From NCBI GenBank assembly GCA_013239625.1, contig MU053493.1:62001-126000 (forward strand): a stretch of DNA of 64,000 bases, written 5' to 3'. Of the stretch, positions 38,355-51,762 are shown piece after piece. The stretch's first letter is position 1, and every line of letters starts with the position of its first letter. The position numbers and the translations under genes are program-made. The notes below the pieces were generated by a model, which saw nothing but the letters and a program-made list of their open reading frames with translations, was not told the DNA's origin and ran no database searches. This stretch comes from Lama guanicoe (taxonomy: Eukaryota).

Positions 38355-39445
38355 TGGAAACCATAAGTAAAACAAAAATGACAACCTACAGAATGGGAGA
38401 AAATTTTTGCAAATGATGCAACCAACAAAGGGTTGATCTACAGAATATATAAGCAGCTCATACAACACAATTAGAAAAGAACAAACAACCCAATCCAAAA
38501 ATGGGCAGGAGACTTAAACAAGCAATTCTCCAAGGAAGACATACAAATGATCAATAGGCACATGGAAAAATGCTCAATATCACTAATTATCAGAGAAATG
38601 CAAATCAAAACTACAATGAGGTATCACCTCACACCAGCCAGAATGACCATCATTCAAAAGTCCACAAATGACAAATGCTGGAAAGGCTGTGGAGAAAAAG
38701 GAACCCTGCTACACTGCTGGGAGGCATGCAGTTTGGTGTAGCCACTGTGGAAAACAGTATGGAGATTCCTCAAAAGACTAGGAATAGACTTACCATATGA
38801 CCCAGGAATCCCACTCCTGGGTATATATCCAGAAGGAACCCTACTTCAAAAAGACACCTGCACCCCAATATTTATATCAGCACTCTTTACAATAGCCAAG
38901 ACACGGAAATAGCCTAAATGTCCATCAACAGATGACTGGATAAAGTAGAAGTGGTATATTTATACAATGGAATACTACTCAGCCATAAAAATGACAACAT
39001 AACTCCACTTGAATGGATGATCGGTTGTCATTCTAAGTGAAGTAAGCCAGAAAGAGAAAGAAAAATACTATATGAGATCACTCTTATGTGGAATCTAAAA
39101 AAAACAACACAAACAAACAAAAACAACAACAAAAAAACCCCATAAATACGAAACAGAAACAGACTCATAGACATAGAATACAAACTTGTGCTTGCCAAGG
39201 GGGCAGGGGGTGGGAAGAGACAGACTGGGATTTCAAAATTTGTAGATACTGACAGGCACGTGCAGAATTCATAAACAAGATTATACTGTATAGCACAGGG
39301 AAATATGTACAACATCTTGTGGTAGCTCACAGAGAAAAAATGAATATATGTATGTTCATGAATAATTGAAAAATTGTACTCATCACTGGAATTTGACACA
39401 ATATTGTGAAATGACTATAACTCAATAAAGAATATTTTAAAAAAG
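38355..39445 (+). mobile_element. Young 5'-truncated L1
   Basis: ORF2 C-terminus ([30 protein letters not shown]...), 3' UTR and A-rich end. Confidence 0.9.
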
Positions 39446-39699
39446 GACCAAAAAATATATTTCATCAGTTTATCTAGTCTCATGTAATTAATTTTGTCTC
39501 ACTTGATCATAGGTTAGCAGCTTTATGAATCTATGAGTGGTTTTATATTAGAGTTTTGGAAATTCTGACTTAGCCAATTGCTATGATATCAGATTTATTT
39601 AAATAGTGCTGTCAAATCCTGTAAACCAACATACCTGGTATAGTTCTTTTCCTTTGGTTTCTAAGGCTGTTTCGTTTCTTCTTTTGTTTTTTTTTGGAT

Positions 39700-40660
39700 A
39701 ATTTCTTTTTTTTAACATTTTTTATTGATTTATAATCATTGTACAATATTGTGTCAAATTCCAGTGTAGAGCACAATTTTTCAGTTATACATGAACATAT
39801 ATACATATTCATTGTCACATTTTTTTCTCTGTGAGCTACCATAAGATCTTGTATATATTTCCCTGTGCTATACAGTATAATCTTGTTTATGTATTCTACA
39901 ATTTTGAAACCCCAGTCTGTCTCTTCCCACCCCATGCCCCTTGGCAAACAGAAGTTTGTATTCTATGTCTGTGAGTCTATTTCTGTTTTGTATTTATGTT
40001 TTGTTTGTTTGTTTCTTTGTTTTAGATTCCACATATGAGCAATCTCATATGGTATTTTTCTTTCTCTTTCTGGCTTACTTCACTTAGAATGACATTCTCC
40101 AGGAGCATCCATATTGCTGCAAATGGCGTTATGTTGTTGGTTTTTATGGCTGAGTAGTATTCCATTGTATAAATATACCACATCTTCTTTATCCAGTCAT
40201 CTGTTGTTGGACATTTAGACTTAATAAGAAAAAAAAAAAAGGACCCAATCCAAAAATGGGCAAAAGACCTAAACAAGCAATTCTCCAAGGAAGACATACA
40301 AATGATCAATAGGCACATGGAAAAATGCTCAATAACACTGATTATCATAGAAATGCAAATCAAAACTACAATGAAGTATCACCTCACACCATTCAGAATG
40401 GCCATCATTCGAAAATCCACAAATGACAAATGCTGGAGAGGCTGTGGAGCAAAGGGAACCCTCTTTCACTTCTGGTGGGAATGCAGTTTGGTGCAGCCAC
40501 TGTGGAAAACAGTATGGAGATTCCTCAAAAGACTAGGAATAGGCTTACCATATGATCCAGGAATCCCGCTCCTGGGCATCTATCCAGAAGGAACCCTACT
40601 TCAGGATGACACCTGCACCCCAATGTTCATAGCAGCATTATTTACAATAGCCAAGACATA
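39700..40660 (-). mobile_element. Young L1 with 5' inversion
   Basis: 39700-40218 is the antisense 3' end and 40220-40660 is sense ORF2; the two pieces are adjacent in the L1 consensus. Confidence 0.85.
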
Positions 40661-41225
40661 GGACAGTTTCTTTTTGTTGAAGTAGTCTAACTTGTAGCTA
40701 GGTGACTCTACCAGATCTTGGGAAAGCATCAGATTAGAACGACATACTCTGTGAGAAACGAAAGACTTGAAGTGGCCATAGTTAAAGATCTGATGAGAGT
40801 CCATTTTCAAAATAACACAGTTGACAAGGAAATTTTATTGTTTTGTGATACATATTTAAATTCTTGAAATTATGATTGATAACATTATATGAGGATATAT
40901 CATAGATAGGACATTGATATATTTATAGGAATTTTATAAAAATTTCAAAAATAATAACATTTTACCCATATAAATGTAATATAAGAAAGTTTAAGTCTTT
41001 CTTTGACAGTGCTTCCCATGCAATTTAGTATATCAAATAAATCTAAATAGTTTAATATCTCTCTTATTATAAGATGAGATAACAAACCCTTTGAATTCTT
41101 CCACAGGCCCTATAGGAAATCTCAAAGTCAATTAAAGGTAAATAAGACTTTATTTAGAGTTTTATTTTGGAAAGTTGTCTTAAAATGCCAAAATGTTTGA
41201 ATATTTAATTAAATAGAATCATAGG

Positions 41226-41692
41226 TGTGATGTTTAACTTTATGTGTTAATTTGACTGGGCTAAGGAATGCCCAGATAGCTGGTAAAACATTTTTTCTAG
41301 GTAAGTCTGGAGGGTGTTTCTGTAAGAGATTAGCATTTAGTTAAGTAGTCTGCATAAAGACAACTCCTTTCACCAGTGGGCCGATATCATCCAATGCCTT
41401 GAGGGCCTGACTAGAGCAAATGGCTAAGGAAGGGTGGCTTTTCTTGAGATGGAACTTCCATATTTTCCTGACTTCAGATCAGAGCTCCTGATTATTAGAC
41501 CTTCTAACTAGAACTGAATTCAACCACTGACTTTGTTTGTTCTCCATCTTGTCGATGGCAGATTATGGGACAACTTGGCCTCCATAACCTCCTGAGACAA
41601 ACCAAAAATAAATCTCCGTTTTTGGAAATCTCTCTCTCTATCTATTTATCTGTGTGTGTATATATATTTCTCTGGAGGAATCTTACTAATAT
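41226..41692 (+). mobile_element. MLT2 5' LTR of an ERV-L provirus
   Basis: TGTGATGTTTAACTTTATGTGTTAATTTGACTGGGCTAAGG start and ...CTAATATA end, followed by GATTTTGG, typical of the MLT2/ERV-L junction. Confidence 0.8.
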
Positions 41693-44175
41693 AGATTTTG
41701 GCATGGAGAGTTTTAGAAGCACATAATTTTAAGGAAGAGTTTTTTAAATTTGTTCTAGGACTCTGGAAGTGGCTCTATAATTATGATTAGATTTAAAGAC
41801 ACTAGTAATTGTTTTTAGCAGTTAGCAGAACATTGATATTTCATAGTTTGAACATAGTTTACACAAATATTATCATTGGATAATCCTAATCAGCCACTTA
41901 TAGAAGCAAGGAGTTAAATATCTCTGTATATGACATTTTCGAACATTTTGGAAATCTAAAGAACATGATGACATTTGTTGATTTCTCCTAATGTCTTTGG
42001 ATAAAGTGGCCAGATAAAAGGATAAGCTCAGAGATTCAAATTCTAAGCCCAAGTATTGCATATGACTTAACGTTGCCGAGTCCAAACTCATTCTGCTCGC
42101 CGCACAACAGGCCAATAAATCGGGAGATGAGATGTTGGGGCAAGGAATAGCGACTTTATTTGGAAAGCCTGCAGACCGAGAGGATGGCAGACTAATGTCC
42201 TGCTCTAGTAAGAATAGAGGCTCCTTTTATACAAAAAACAAAAAACAAAAACAAAAACAAGGGAGGGTATTTGGTTGGTTGTTGCAATCTTCTTGCTGCA
42301 GGCATTCTTTGTTTCTTGCAGCCATCCCTGTGAGCCAAGTCATGGTGTCCCTGTAAACCTGTAATAAAACAAAGGTTATTCTCTACTACATTAAGAGATT
42401 GTCAGTGTGCCCTGTTAGAGACCTTTATTGCTGGCAGGGGTAAAACTGCTAAGAATCAAACTGTAATTGACCGAATTTCAAAACAAGCTGAACTCCCACC
42501 CTCTTTGAGTATCTTCTGTCAAAGTGAAGATATTGACTGGGAAAGGGTGGAATCCTTTAATAACGTATGGGGATGTGTGGAAAGACCCTGAAGAAGCTAG
42601 GGACATTAAGCCCCTAAGTTCTGATGAGTTTCCTTTGCCAGTGGAAGTAGTCTCCTCAAACTCAGTGCAGCAGTATGCACACTCCAAGTGGGTAGCCACA
42701 TCCCTATGCAAAGAAGAATAGGGCTCTCTACCTCAATTTGAGAGGATTAACCCTGCAGAGCCAGAGAAAATCATAAAGGTCTTCCCTGAGGCAATTGAGT
42801 TGCCACCAATGACTAAAGTCCCACAAGCTCCCTAAAAGTGAGAAACAAAGTGCAACCCTTGAGAATATGTGTTATAATCCAAAGGAACTCCTTGAATTTT
42901 CTAATTTTATAAGCAAAAAACTGTGGAGTAAGTGTGGAGATGGTTAACAGTGTAGGATAAAGCTGGGTCAGGTCAGATTTATTGATTTGGGCCAACCAGA
43001 CAGAGATTCTGTATTTATTGTTGCAGCTCAGGTCATTAGAAAGGGCTCTATCAGTTTGCTGGTATGAATGGCTGAAGCATGGATCAAAAGGTGGTCCACT
43101 ATGAGTGAAATGTAAATACCACATCTCCTTTGGTTTATGTAGAGAAAAGGATTCAGATCTTAGGGAGATTAGAATGTTAGAGTGGGTTTGTCACTTAAGT
43201 TCTACCCATCACTCTGGGAGGGTCCAGAAGACATGCCTTTCACCAATACACTGAGAAATATATTTGTGAGTGGAATGCCAGCATCCTTGAAGAGCTCCAT
43301 GATTGTTCTTTTCTGTAGGCCAGACCTTACAGTGGGAATTACAACCACTCATTTGGAAAATCCAAATGTGACAGAAGTAGTCTGATCCAAGGGTAGCAGG
43401 GGTCAAGGGCCTTTGCCAAACCATTAAACTCTAGGTAGATATAGTTACTCCATACAAAGTCAAAAGCAAATACAAATTTACTCTACACAAAGAGCAAAGT
43501 CAAAGTAGCGATCAGAATAGCCTGACTTGCACAGATTTATGGTGTTGGCAAGTTAATCGTGGTGTCACATTAGGTGAAAAAGATAGCAAGTCTACTGAAT
43601 TCTTACTTGATTTGTCTAAACAGAAAGCTTCTAAGTCAAATAAATAATGGTGCATTTTGAATCATAAAATTATAAAGCCAGCCCCTTAACCAAAAATCAG
43701 ACTTGATCCAGTTTACAGACCCAGAATCCCTTGAATGAAGGGAGGCCAGATCCACTTGAGGAAAGACCCTGAATCTACCAAAAGTTACACTGTTAATCTT
43801 ACTGCCAGTCTTCCCCCAAAGTACTGATAGCCTTTTACTAGGATGACTGTGTATTGGGGGAAAGGAAATTATCAGACAATTCAGGGAACACAGGTCACTG
43901 GATCTTAACTGACAGCATTTCTGGGAGCCCCAAAATATGACTGTGGCCCTATACTCAGAGAAGGGGCTTTTGAGAGTCAAGTGATCAATAGAACTTTAGC
44001 TCAGTTCTGTCTCACATTGTGTTCAGCGGGTCCCCAGACCCCTCCTGTGGTTATTTCCATAGTTCTAGAATGCATAAGTGAAATAGACATACTTAACAGT
44101 TGAGAAGATCACCACACTGGTTCCCTGACCTGAGAAGTTGGGGCTAATATGATGAGAAAGGCTAAATAGAAAGAA
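41693..44175 (+). mobile_element. Decayed ERV-L internal region (gag-pro)
   Basis: ERV-L gag-like peptides (VKILTGKGWNPLITYGDVWKDPEEARD; PEDMPFTNTLRNIFVSGMPASLKSS) with many stops. Confidence 0.8.
42071..42390 (-). mobile_element. Short ERV1-like LTR inserted in the ERV-L
   Basis: Antisense TTTATT polyA signal, (C/T)GTT...ACA ends, and a 4-bp TTAA duplication. Confidence 0.55.
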
Positions 44176-44177
44176 TC

Positions 44178-45993
44178 CATTTGATCCATTTTGAGTTTAT
44201 TTTTGTGTATGGTGTCAGGGAGTGCTCTAGCTTGTTTTACATGCTGCTGTCCAGTTTTCCCAACACCATTTGCTGAAGAGACTGTCTTTATTCCATTGTA
44301 TATTCTTGCCTCCTTTGTCAAAAATTAGTTGACCAAAAATTTGTGGGTTCACTTCTGGGCTCTCTATTCTGTTCCATTGGTCTATATGTCTGTTTTGGTA
44401 CCAATACCATGCTGTCTTGATGACTGTAGCTCCATAGTATTGTTTGAAGTCTGGGAGAGTTATTCCTCCAGCCTCTTTCTTTCTCTTCAGTAATGCTTTG
44501 GCAATTGTAGGTCTTTGATGGTTCCATATAAATTTTATTATGATTTGTTCTAGTTCTGTGAAATATGTCCTGGGTAATTTGATAGGGATTGCATTAAATC
44601 TGTAGATTGCCTTGGGCAGTGTGACCATTTTAAGAATATTGATTGTTTGAATCCAAGAGCATGGGATATCTTTCCATTTTTTAAAGTCTTCTTTAATTTC
44701 CTTCATCAATAGTTTATATTTTTTTGTGTATAATTCTTTCACCACCTTGGTTAGATTTATTCAAATGTAGGACAAGATACAATAAACCTCCTAGAGGAAA
44801 ATATAGGTAAAACATTATCTAACATACATCTCAAAAATTTTCTCCTAGAAGAAATAAAAGCAAGAATTAACAAATGGGACCTAATGAAACTTACAAGCTT
44901 CTGCACAGCAAAGGAAACCATAAGTAAAACAAAAAGACAACCTACAGAATGGGAGAAAATTTTTGCATATGAAACCGACAAAGGCTTGATCTCTAGAATA
45001 TATAAGCAGCTCATGTGACTTAATAAAAAAAAATAAAACACCCAATCCAAAATGGGCAAAATACCTAAACAAGCAATTCTCCAAGGAAGACATACAAATG
45101 ATCAAAAGGCACATAAAAAAATGCTCAATATCACTAATTAGCAGAGAAATGCAAATCAAAACTACAATGAGGTATCACCTCACACCAGTGAGAATGGCCA
45201 TCATTCAAAAATCCACAAATGACAAATGCTGGAGAGGCTGTGGAGAAAGGGGAACCCTCCTACACTGCTGGTGGGAATGCAGTTTCGTGCAGCCACTATG
45301 GAAAACAGTATGGAGATTCCTCAAAAGACTAGGAATAGACTTGCCATATGACCCAGGAATCCCACTCCTGTGCTTATATCCAGAAGGAACCCTACTTCAG
45401 GATGACACCTGCACCCCAATGTTCATAGCAGCACTATTTACAATAGCTATGACGTGGAAACAGCCTAAATGTGCATCAACAGGTGACTGGATAAAGAAGC
45501 TGTGGTATATTTATTCAATGGAATAATACTCAGCCATAAAAACCTACAACATAACGCCATTTGCAGCAACATGAATGCTCCTGGAGAATGTCATTCTAAG
45601 TGAAGTAAGCCAGAAAGAGAAAGAAAAATGCCATATGAGATTGCTCATATGTGGAATCTAAAAAACAAAAACAAACACAAACAAACAAACAAACAAACAA
45701 AAGCATAAATACGGGACAGAAATAGACTCATAGACATAGAATACATACTTGTGTTTGCCCAGGGGCAGGGGGGGATGGGATAGACTGGGATTTCAAAATT
45801 GTAGAATATATAAACAAGATTATACTGTATAGCACAGGGAAAAATACACAAAATGTCATGGTAGCTCACAGAGAAAAAAATGTGACAATGAGTGTGTATA
45901 TGTCCATGTATGACTGAAAAATTGTGCTGAACACTGGAATTTGACACAACATTTTAAAGTGATTATAAATCAGTAAAAATGTTAAAAAAAAGA
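44178..45993 (+). mobile_element. Young L1 with 5' inversion
   Basis: 44178-44760 is antisense ORF2 (ORF 44227-44745); 44760-45993 is sense ORF2 C-terminus, 3' UTR and A tail. Confidence 0.9.
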
Positions 45994-46359
45994 AATTATC
46001 AAGTGTAGTCACATGAGTGGAGAAACCAGGGGGAACGAAAAATCAGGAACCAAGAATCCTTCTCATCTTCTAGTTTTAGTGTCGTGATTGAGACAATGGA
46101 CTGACTACAGGACTTTGAAGACCCTCTGAGAAGTACCCTCCTCCTGAGTTACAGAGCAGCAACAGAGGCTAAAAACCTTGTTCTAGTGGTTCACTGGTTT
46201 GTAGAGAGCTTGATAGGAAGGATGGATCCTAGAAGCTAAGGCTCCCAGGGTTGCAGTCCCAGGTTCTTGTCACTGAAAAACCCTAAATGTTATGATGGCT
46301 CTGCATACAAAATGGGGGCTTCTGAGTGTCAGATGATCTCTAGTTTTTAAGCTAGGATG

Positions 46360-47363
46360 GTCTCACAGGGGCCCAGTGGTCACCAGACCAATCTTGTGAT
46401 TACTTCCCAGTTTTAGAATTCATAATTGTTATAGAGATACTTAGCATGTGGCAGAATCCTTTCATTGGTTTCCTGACCTGCAGGATAAGTGTTGCTGTGG
46501 TGAGGAAGGCCATATGAAAAGCATTAGAACTGCCTCTACCTGGAATATTCGTAAATCCAAAGCAATACTGATTCCTGGAAGTGTTTCAGATTCTCATGCT
46601 GTCATGGAAGGAATTGCAAGACGCAGGAGTGCTGTTCCCACCACATTCCCATTCAACTCTTCTATTTAGGCTTGCAAAATACAGATTCATCTTGGAGAAT
46701 AATGGTGGATTTTTGCAGGTTTGACCTAGTGGTGACTTTTAGTGTAGCTGCTGTACCAGATGTGGTTTTAGTACATGAGCATGCTTACACATAACTTGGG
46801 CTTGATATGAAGCTGTTGATCTAACAATGTCTTTTTCTCCATAATTGTCCATAAAGCCCACTTGTAGCTGATTTCTCTCAGCTTGCAGGGTGAGCAATGA
46901 AACTTTACTATTTTACTTCAGGGGTATCTTGAGTCTCCAGTGCTATGTCACAATTTAGTTTGAAGAGCTCTTAATTGCTTTTCCCTTACACAAGATCCTT
47001 TACACTGGTAACATTTTGCTGATTAGACCTAGTAGAAAGAATAGAAACTAGACATATTTGGTGAGAGTTTTATGTGTCAGAGGGTGTTGATTAATCTGGT
47101 TAAAATTAAAGAGACTTCTACCTCAGTGAAATTTCTAGGGTCCTGTGGCATAGGTTGTGGCATGTTCAGACATCCCTTTTAAGGTGAAGGATGTTATTGC
47201 ACCTGGCCTTCATATAAGAAAGAGAGAGCCTTAAAGCCTGGTAGTCTTCTTCAGATTTTGGAGACAATTTTTTTTTTAATTTAAGGGTACTACTATGTAC
47301 CCTTTATGTAGTGACCCCCAAAGCTGCTAGTTTTGTGTGGGAGAAGGAACCAGAAAAGGCTCT
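46360..47363 (+). mobile_element. Second, older ERV-L-like pro/pol fragment
   Basis: Decayed RT motifs (PTTFPFNS, ttacttcaggggtat = LLQGY, VTPKAASFVWEKEPEKAL). Confidence 0.7.
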
Positions 47364-47663
47364 TGTCAGAAGTCTTAAGTGAGTAGGTCATGGGACCCAG
47401 GTCAAAATTCACAATAACTTGCATGTGTATGAGATAAGAAGTAAATGTACACATGTACATGAGTAAGCATTATGAATAATATGCATGTGCGGGCATAATA
47501 AAAGGACAAGTACATATACCTGAGAGCACGCGCCTCCAGCTTGTACTGCAATAAAATGTTTTACTCCATGTTGCCTCCTCGCACATTATGTTGGCACCTC
47601 GCACCTTCTTCCAGCTGGGCAGCTTATCTCCTTGAATTCCTCTTCAGACTCCCTCAGCTGACA
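47364..47663 (+). mobile_element. 5' LTR of ERV-S-like provirus (LTR18-like), 300 bp
   Basis: TGTCAG...CTGACA inverted termini, AATAAA at ~47550, and a PBS immediately downstream. Confidence 0.85.
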
Positions 47664-47665
47664 CT

Positions 47666-47683
47666 TGGCATAGTTGGCAGGAT
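47666..47683 (+). promoter_or_regulatory. Primer-binding site complementary to tRNA-Ser
   Basis: TGGCATAGTTGGCAGGAT vs TGGCGTAGTCGGCAGGAT (reverse complement of the tRNA-Ser 3' end). Both mismatches are CpG transitions. Confidence 0.85.
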
Positions 47684-50600
47684 GAAATGAGTGCCCCTTC
47701 TGTTCCCCCTTCCTCTGACAGGGAAGCTCGGATGAAAACAATATGGCCCCCTACCTCTCTATGGTACCTAGTAGCGCCATATTTACTGGCGTGGGACCCC
47801 CGAGGATTGGGACACAGTGGCATCCAGGCCAGATGACATCAGAAAGGCTCTGGAGTTGTTGGAAAACAACGTCCCACTGGCCCACCAAGAGGCAGCCAGA
47901 AGGGTAGCCTGGACGTTTTTATCAATCTTCTGCCATGCCAGCCGATAAAATAGACAATTACAGATATAAGTGGAGCAATTACAGTGCAAGGAAGAGGAAC
48001 TCAAGTGGAGACTCGGTACGGCATAAAGATGCCTGCGTGGATCTAGTTCTACAGCCTCTTTGAGAGCGGTAAGCCCGCCTCCCCTGATACCACTGCATCT
48101 ATGACTCATGGTGGGGCAGGGGGTGGAACTGGAGGAACCCATGGTCCAGAGGGGAGTTCCTGCTGGACCATGGTGAGCAACTTGACAAGCCACCTACACA
48201 TCTTATACGTCAGTGGAATATGGGATCTGACAAAGCAGTGTAAACAGCATATAGGTGAGTCAGTCCCCTCATGGCTATTATGCCTTTGGGATGATGGGGC
48301 TGACCAGACTGAGCTATCTACAAAGGAGATGGGCCAGCTGGCCAGTATAACAACTGTCCCTTCATTGCAGCAATGGCTGCAAAACATTCCCCAGTCTAAT
48401 GCTAAAGCTGGCAACCATACATTGATAAACTGGTTGATGGCTGCTGCACACACTGTATGGGATAGTGCAGGGGATTTACCCTAACACATGAGTAAATGGA
48501 CCATGTATTTGGATCTAGCGCATGTTGTCTGAGAAGTGGGCATGTGCCAAATGATTTTTTTTTTGCAATTCAGCAGCCTAGATGATTAAGTTCTTACAGC
48601 TCAGATGAAGGACTTGATTTTGGCTAATGGCCCAGCGGGAAATTATGGAACCATGTTGTCACTACTAGCACTGCATGTAGACTGCCCCATACATGAGGTA
48701 ACTGAGGCTCTGGCTCATCTAGGGGATGTAAAGGTGTACCAGAAGAGGGTACATTGCCAAGACTCAAGGTGAGTCCATGACCTCCTCCCGTGCAGTGACT
48801 CAGAAAGGAAAGCGCATACAAGAGGGAAAAAAGCCCCAGAAGTTTAGTCACTGACAAATATGATGTGACTTACTGGCGGCCAGCTTGGACCATGTAAAAT
48901 TGGACGGCCAAACACTGGAGATCCTGATGGCCCTATGGAAAAAATAACGGCCTGAGCAACAATATACACTGTTGCCGACCTTCCTACAGGCCCAAGAGGT
49001 GGCCCTTACTGATTTTCTCCTGGATTAGGGGGAAGGCCAAGGCACCCAGGACATGGGGAACCCAGGTAACTGGAGGTCACATGTTGAACTGACTATCCAC
49101 TGGTCCCCCATGAACACACAGTAGGTATTGGCATTAGTAGATACAGGAGCCAAAATTAAACTATTGTCAGAAAATCTGGATTGCTTTCAGGGACCATGAG
49201 TTGATATAGAGTGATATGGAAGCAAGCAAATGTGAGTTAAATGAGTGACTGTGGCTTTGGGTATTGGCCACTTGCCCCCCGCTGCATATGAAGTACATAT
49301 ATCCCCAGTAGCTGAGTATATCCTGGGAATAGACATTTTAGAAAGATTACAAATACAGATGACTCAAGGGGAATTTCGCCTGAGAGTTCAAATGGTGAGA
49401 ACAGTTATACAGGGTCACCTCCATCATACACCTCTGATTCTGCCACCGGCCACTTGAGTGGTGAACATCAAGCAATATCAGTTGCCCAGAGGCCACAATG
49501 AGATAGGATGGGCTATCTTAAAACTTGAGGAAGCTGGTATTATTCAGCCAACGCATTGCCCGTATAACTGTCCAATGTGGCCAGTGTGGAAGCCAGATGG
49601 TTCCTGCAGGATGACAGTGGACTATTGAGACCCAAGCAAAGTCAACCCCTCATGCATGTGGCTTTGCCAAATATAAAAGACTTGATGGACCGGCTGTCCC
49701 ATGAACTAGATACTTGCCACTACATGGTTTACCTGGCCAATGCATTCTTCTCTACAGATAGAGCCCCTGATAGCCAGGAACAGTCTGTGGTTACCTGGAA
49801 AGGTAGACAATGGACATTTGTTGTGTTACCACAGGGTTATTTGCACAGCCCCACACTGTACCATGGCCTGGTGGCCCAGGACCTGTCCAAATGGAGAAAA
49901 CTGGACACTGTCCATTTGTTCCATTATATAGATGACATAATGTTAACCTCTGATTCTCTTTCAGATTTGAAAACCAGTGCCACAGCACTGCTAGAAGCTC
50001 TGGCATGGTTGGGGTGGGCTGTGAATGAGGACAAAGTGCAAGGACCAGGATATACTGTCAAATTCTTGGGTGTTGTCTGGTAGGGTAAGACAAAAGTGCT
50101 GCCTGAGGTGGTAATAGACAAGATCCAGATGTATTCCCACCCTAAGATGGTTAAACAGTTACAGACTTACTTGGGCCTTCTGGGATATTGGTGAGTGTTT
50201 ATCCCTCATCTGGCCCAAAGAGCTAACCCCCTCTATAAACTGATTAAGAAGGGAGAAGCCTGGGATTGGACAGATGAGGCTGAACTTGCATTTGTAGAAA
50301 CTAAGAAGGCAGTAGCCCAAGTGCAGGCGCTGCACACTATAGATCCAGACATCCCTTTCTGGTTAACTTTCCATGTGGATGATGATGGATTTTGTTGGGG
50401 ATTATGGCAAAAACATGGACAACGGAAAGTGCCCATAGGGTTCTGGTCTCAGCTGTGGAAAGGGGCTGAATATTGTTATTCTTCAATTGAGAAACAATTG
50501 TTGGCAACTTATGCATCCTTGATAGCCACTGAACCCCTGATAGGGAGGCAAGAAGTCCAGGTCCAGACCACATACCCCATTGCAGGATGGATACATATGT

Positions 50601-51762
50601 GGACAAGGCAACCCCAATTGGGGACTGCACAGACATCAACTCTGATGAAGTGGGGTGCTTACTTAGAGCAGTGGGCCCAATATGCCACCAACCCCTTGGC
50701 TGCAGAGTTGTAGCAGGTGTTAGGGCCTGTGAAATTTGTTGTGCCTGCTGTACAGCCCCTCACACATCAGGGGGTGGACTCCACACTTGGTGAAGGGAAA
50801 GAGTCACCCCTAGAAACTGCTTGGTATACAGATGGTCCTTGCAAGGGCAGTCCGCCCACTTGGGTTGCAGTGGCACTGCACCCTGCCACTGAATTCTTCT
50901 GGTATGAGACAGTAAAGGGCAGGGAAACCTGCTCTATGGCAGTACTTAGAAGGCAGGGGAACCTGCTTTATGGTAGTACTTGTTCATGTAAAATCGAAAA
51001 GTCTAAGTCCCTTTTGTATCAAGTAGCAGTTTGAACATGAGGCCCCAAACTGCACTGTAGGGTCGCTCCCAACAAAGGGCTATGTGCCAACATCACTCTC
51101 AAGGGAAATGCCTCTACATGGTGGGATGGATGGCATTTGATTGGCCCAAAACCCACTGATTTCCTGCAACCAAGGTATCTATGGGTATGCGGCACACACG
51201 GATGGTCATATCTCCCATCTAAATGGACAAGGCACTGAACTTGGGTTAAAGTGTACTTGCCTGGGCATATCTGGCCCACTTTAACAGAGTGCACTGTGAA
51301 CTGGGATCCGCTGCACACCCAATGGCACAGTGAAAAGCATGCAGCTTGGTGATTTTATCCCATGGCCCTGTTTCTGCCTGGTGCTGGACAGGAATTGCAA
51401 GTAGAATCTTTAGCTCAGCACATATAAGCTTCATTGAATGTCACTAGAAAATCCATAGAGAAATTACTAGATTAAACCACCCAAATGCAAAAGGTGGTTA
51501 TACAAAACAGAATGGCATTAGATATTCTCACTGTGATCCAAAGTGGTGCATGCGCTATGTTGCATATTGAATGCTGTATCTATACACCAGATGACCAGAA
51601 GGAAGTGGCTAAGGCACTACAAGAAATAGATCAAGAACTAGATCACATAGATCATATAACTCAAGATCCGTCTTAAAAATTGGTGGTCATCTTTAACCTC
51701 CTCCTGGAGATGGGGCCTAACTCTCTGGCCATCGTAGTTGCCTGTTTAGTGATAGGTTGCTG
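47684..51762 (+). mobile_element. ERV-S-like (class III) internal region: gag, pro, RT, partial RNase H and env remnant; defective
   Basis: Protease LALVDTGA (~49130), RT LPQGYLHSPT and HYIDD (ORF 49577-50083), RT connection (50195-50713), RNase H WYTDG (~50820), env TM QNRMALDILT...CAMLHIECC (51485-51676). Confidence 0.88.

Larger units (their letters stand above)
37570..41220. mobile_element. MER4-group/ERV1 internal AT-rich sequence, fragmented by two L1s
   Basis: 37630-38100 is reverse-complement homologous to 58990-59450 (e.g. agtcaaagccttggaaataaaacc vs ggttatattaccaaggatttgact). Confidence 0.45.

Noticed and set aside
51485..51676. Syncytin-like domesticated env
   Set aside because: Only a 63-aa open fragment; SU is truncated, with stops and frameshifts.
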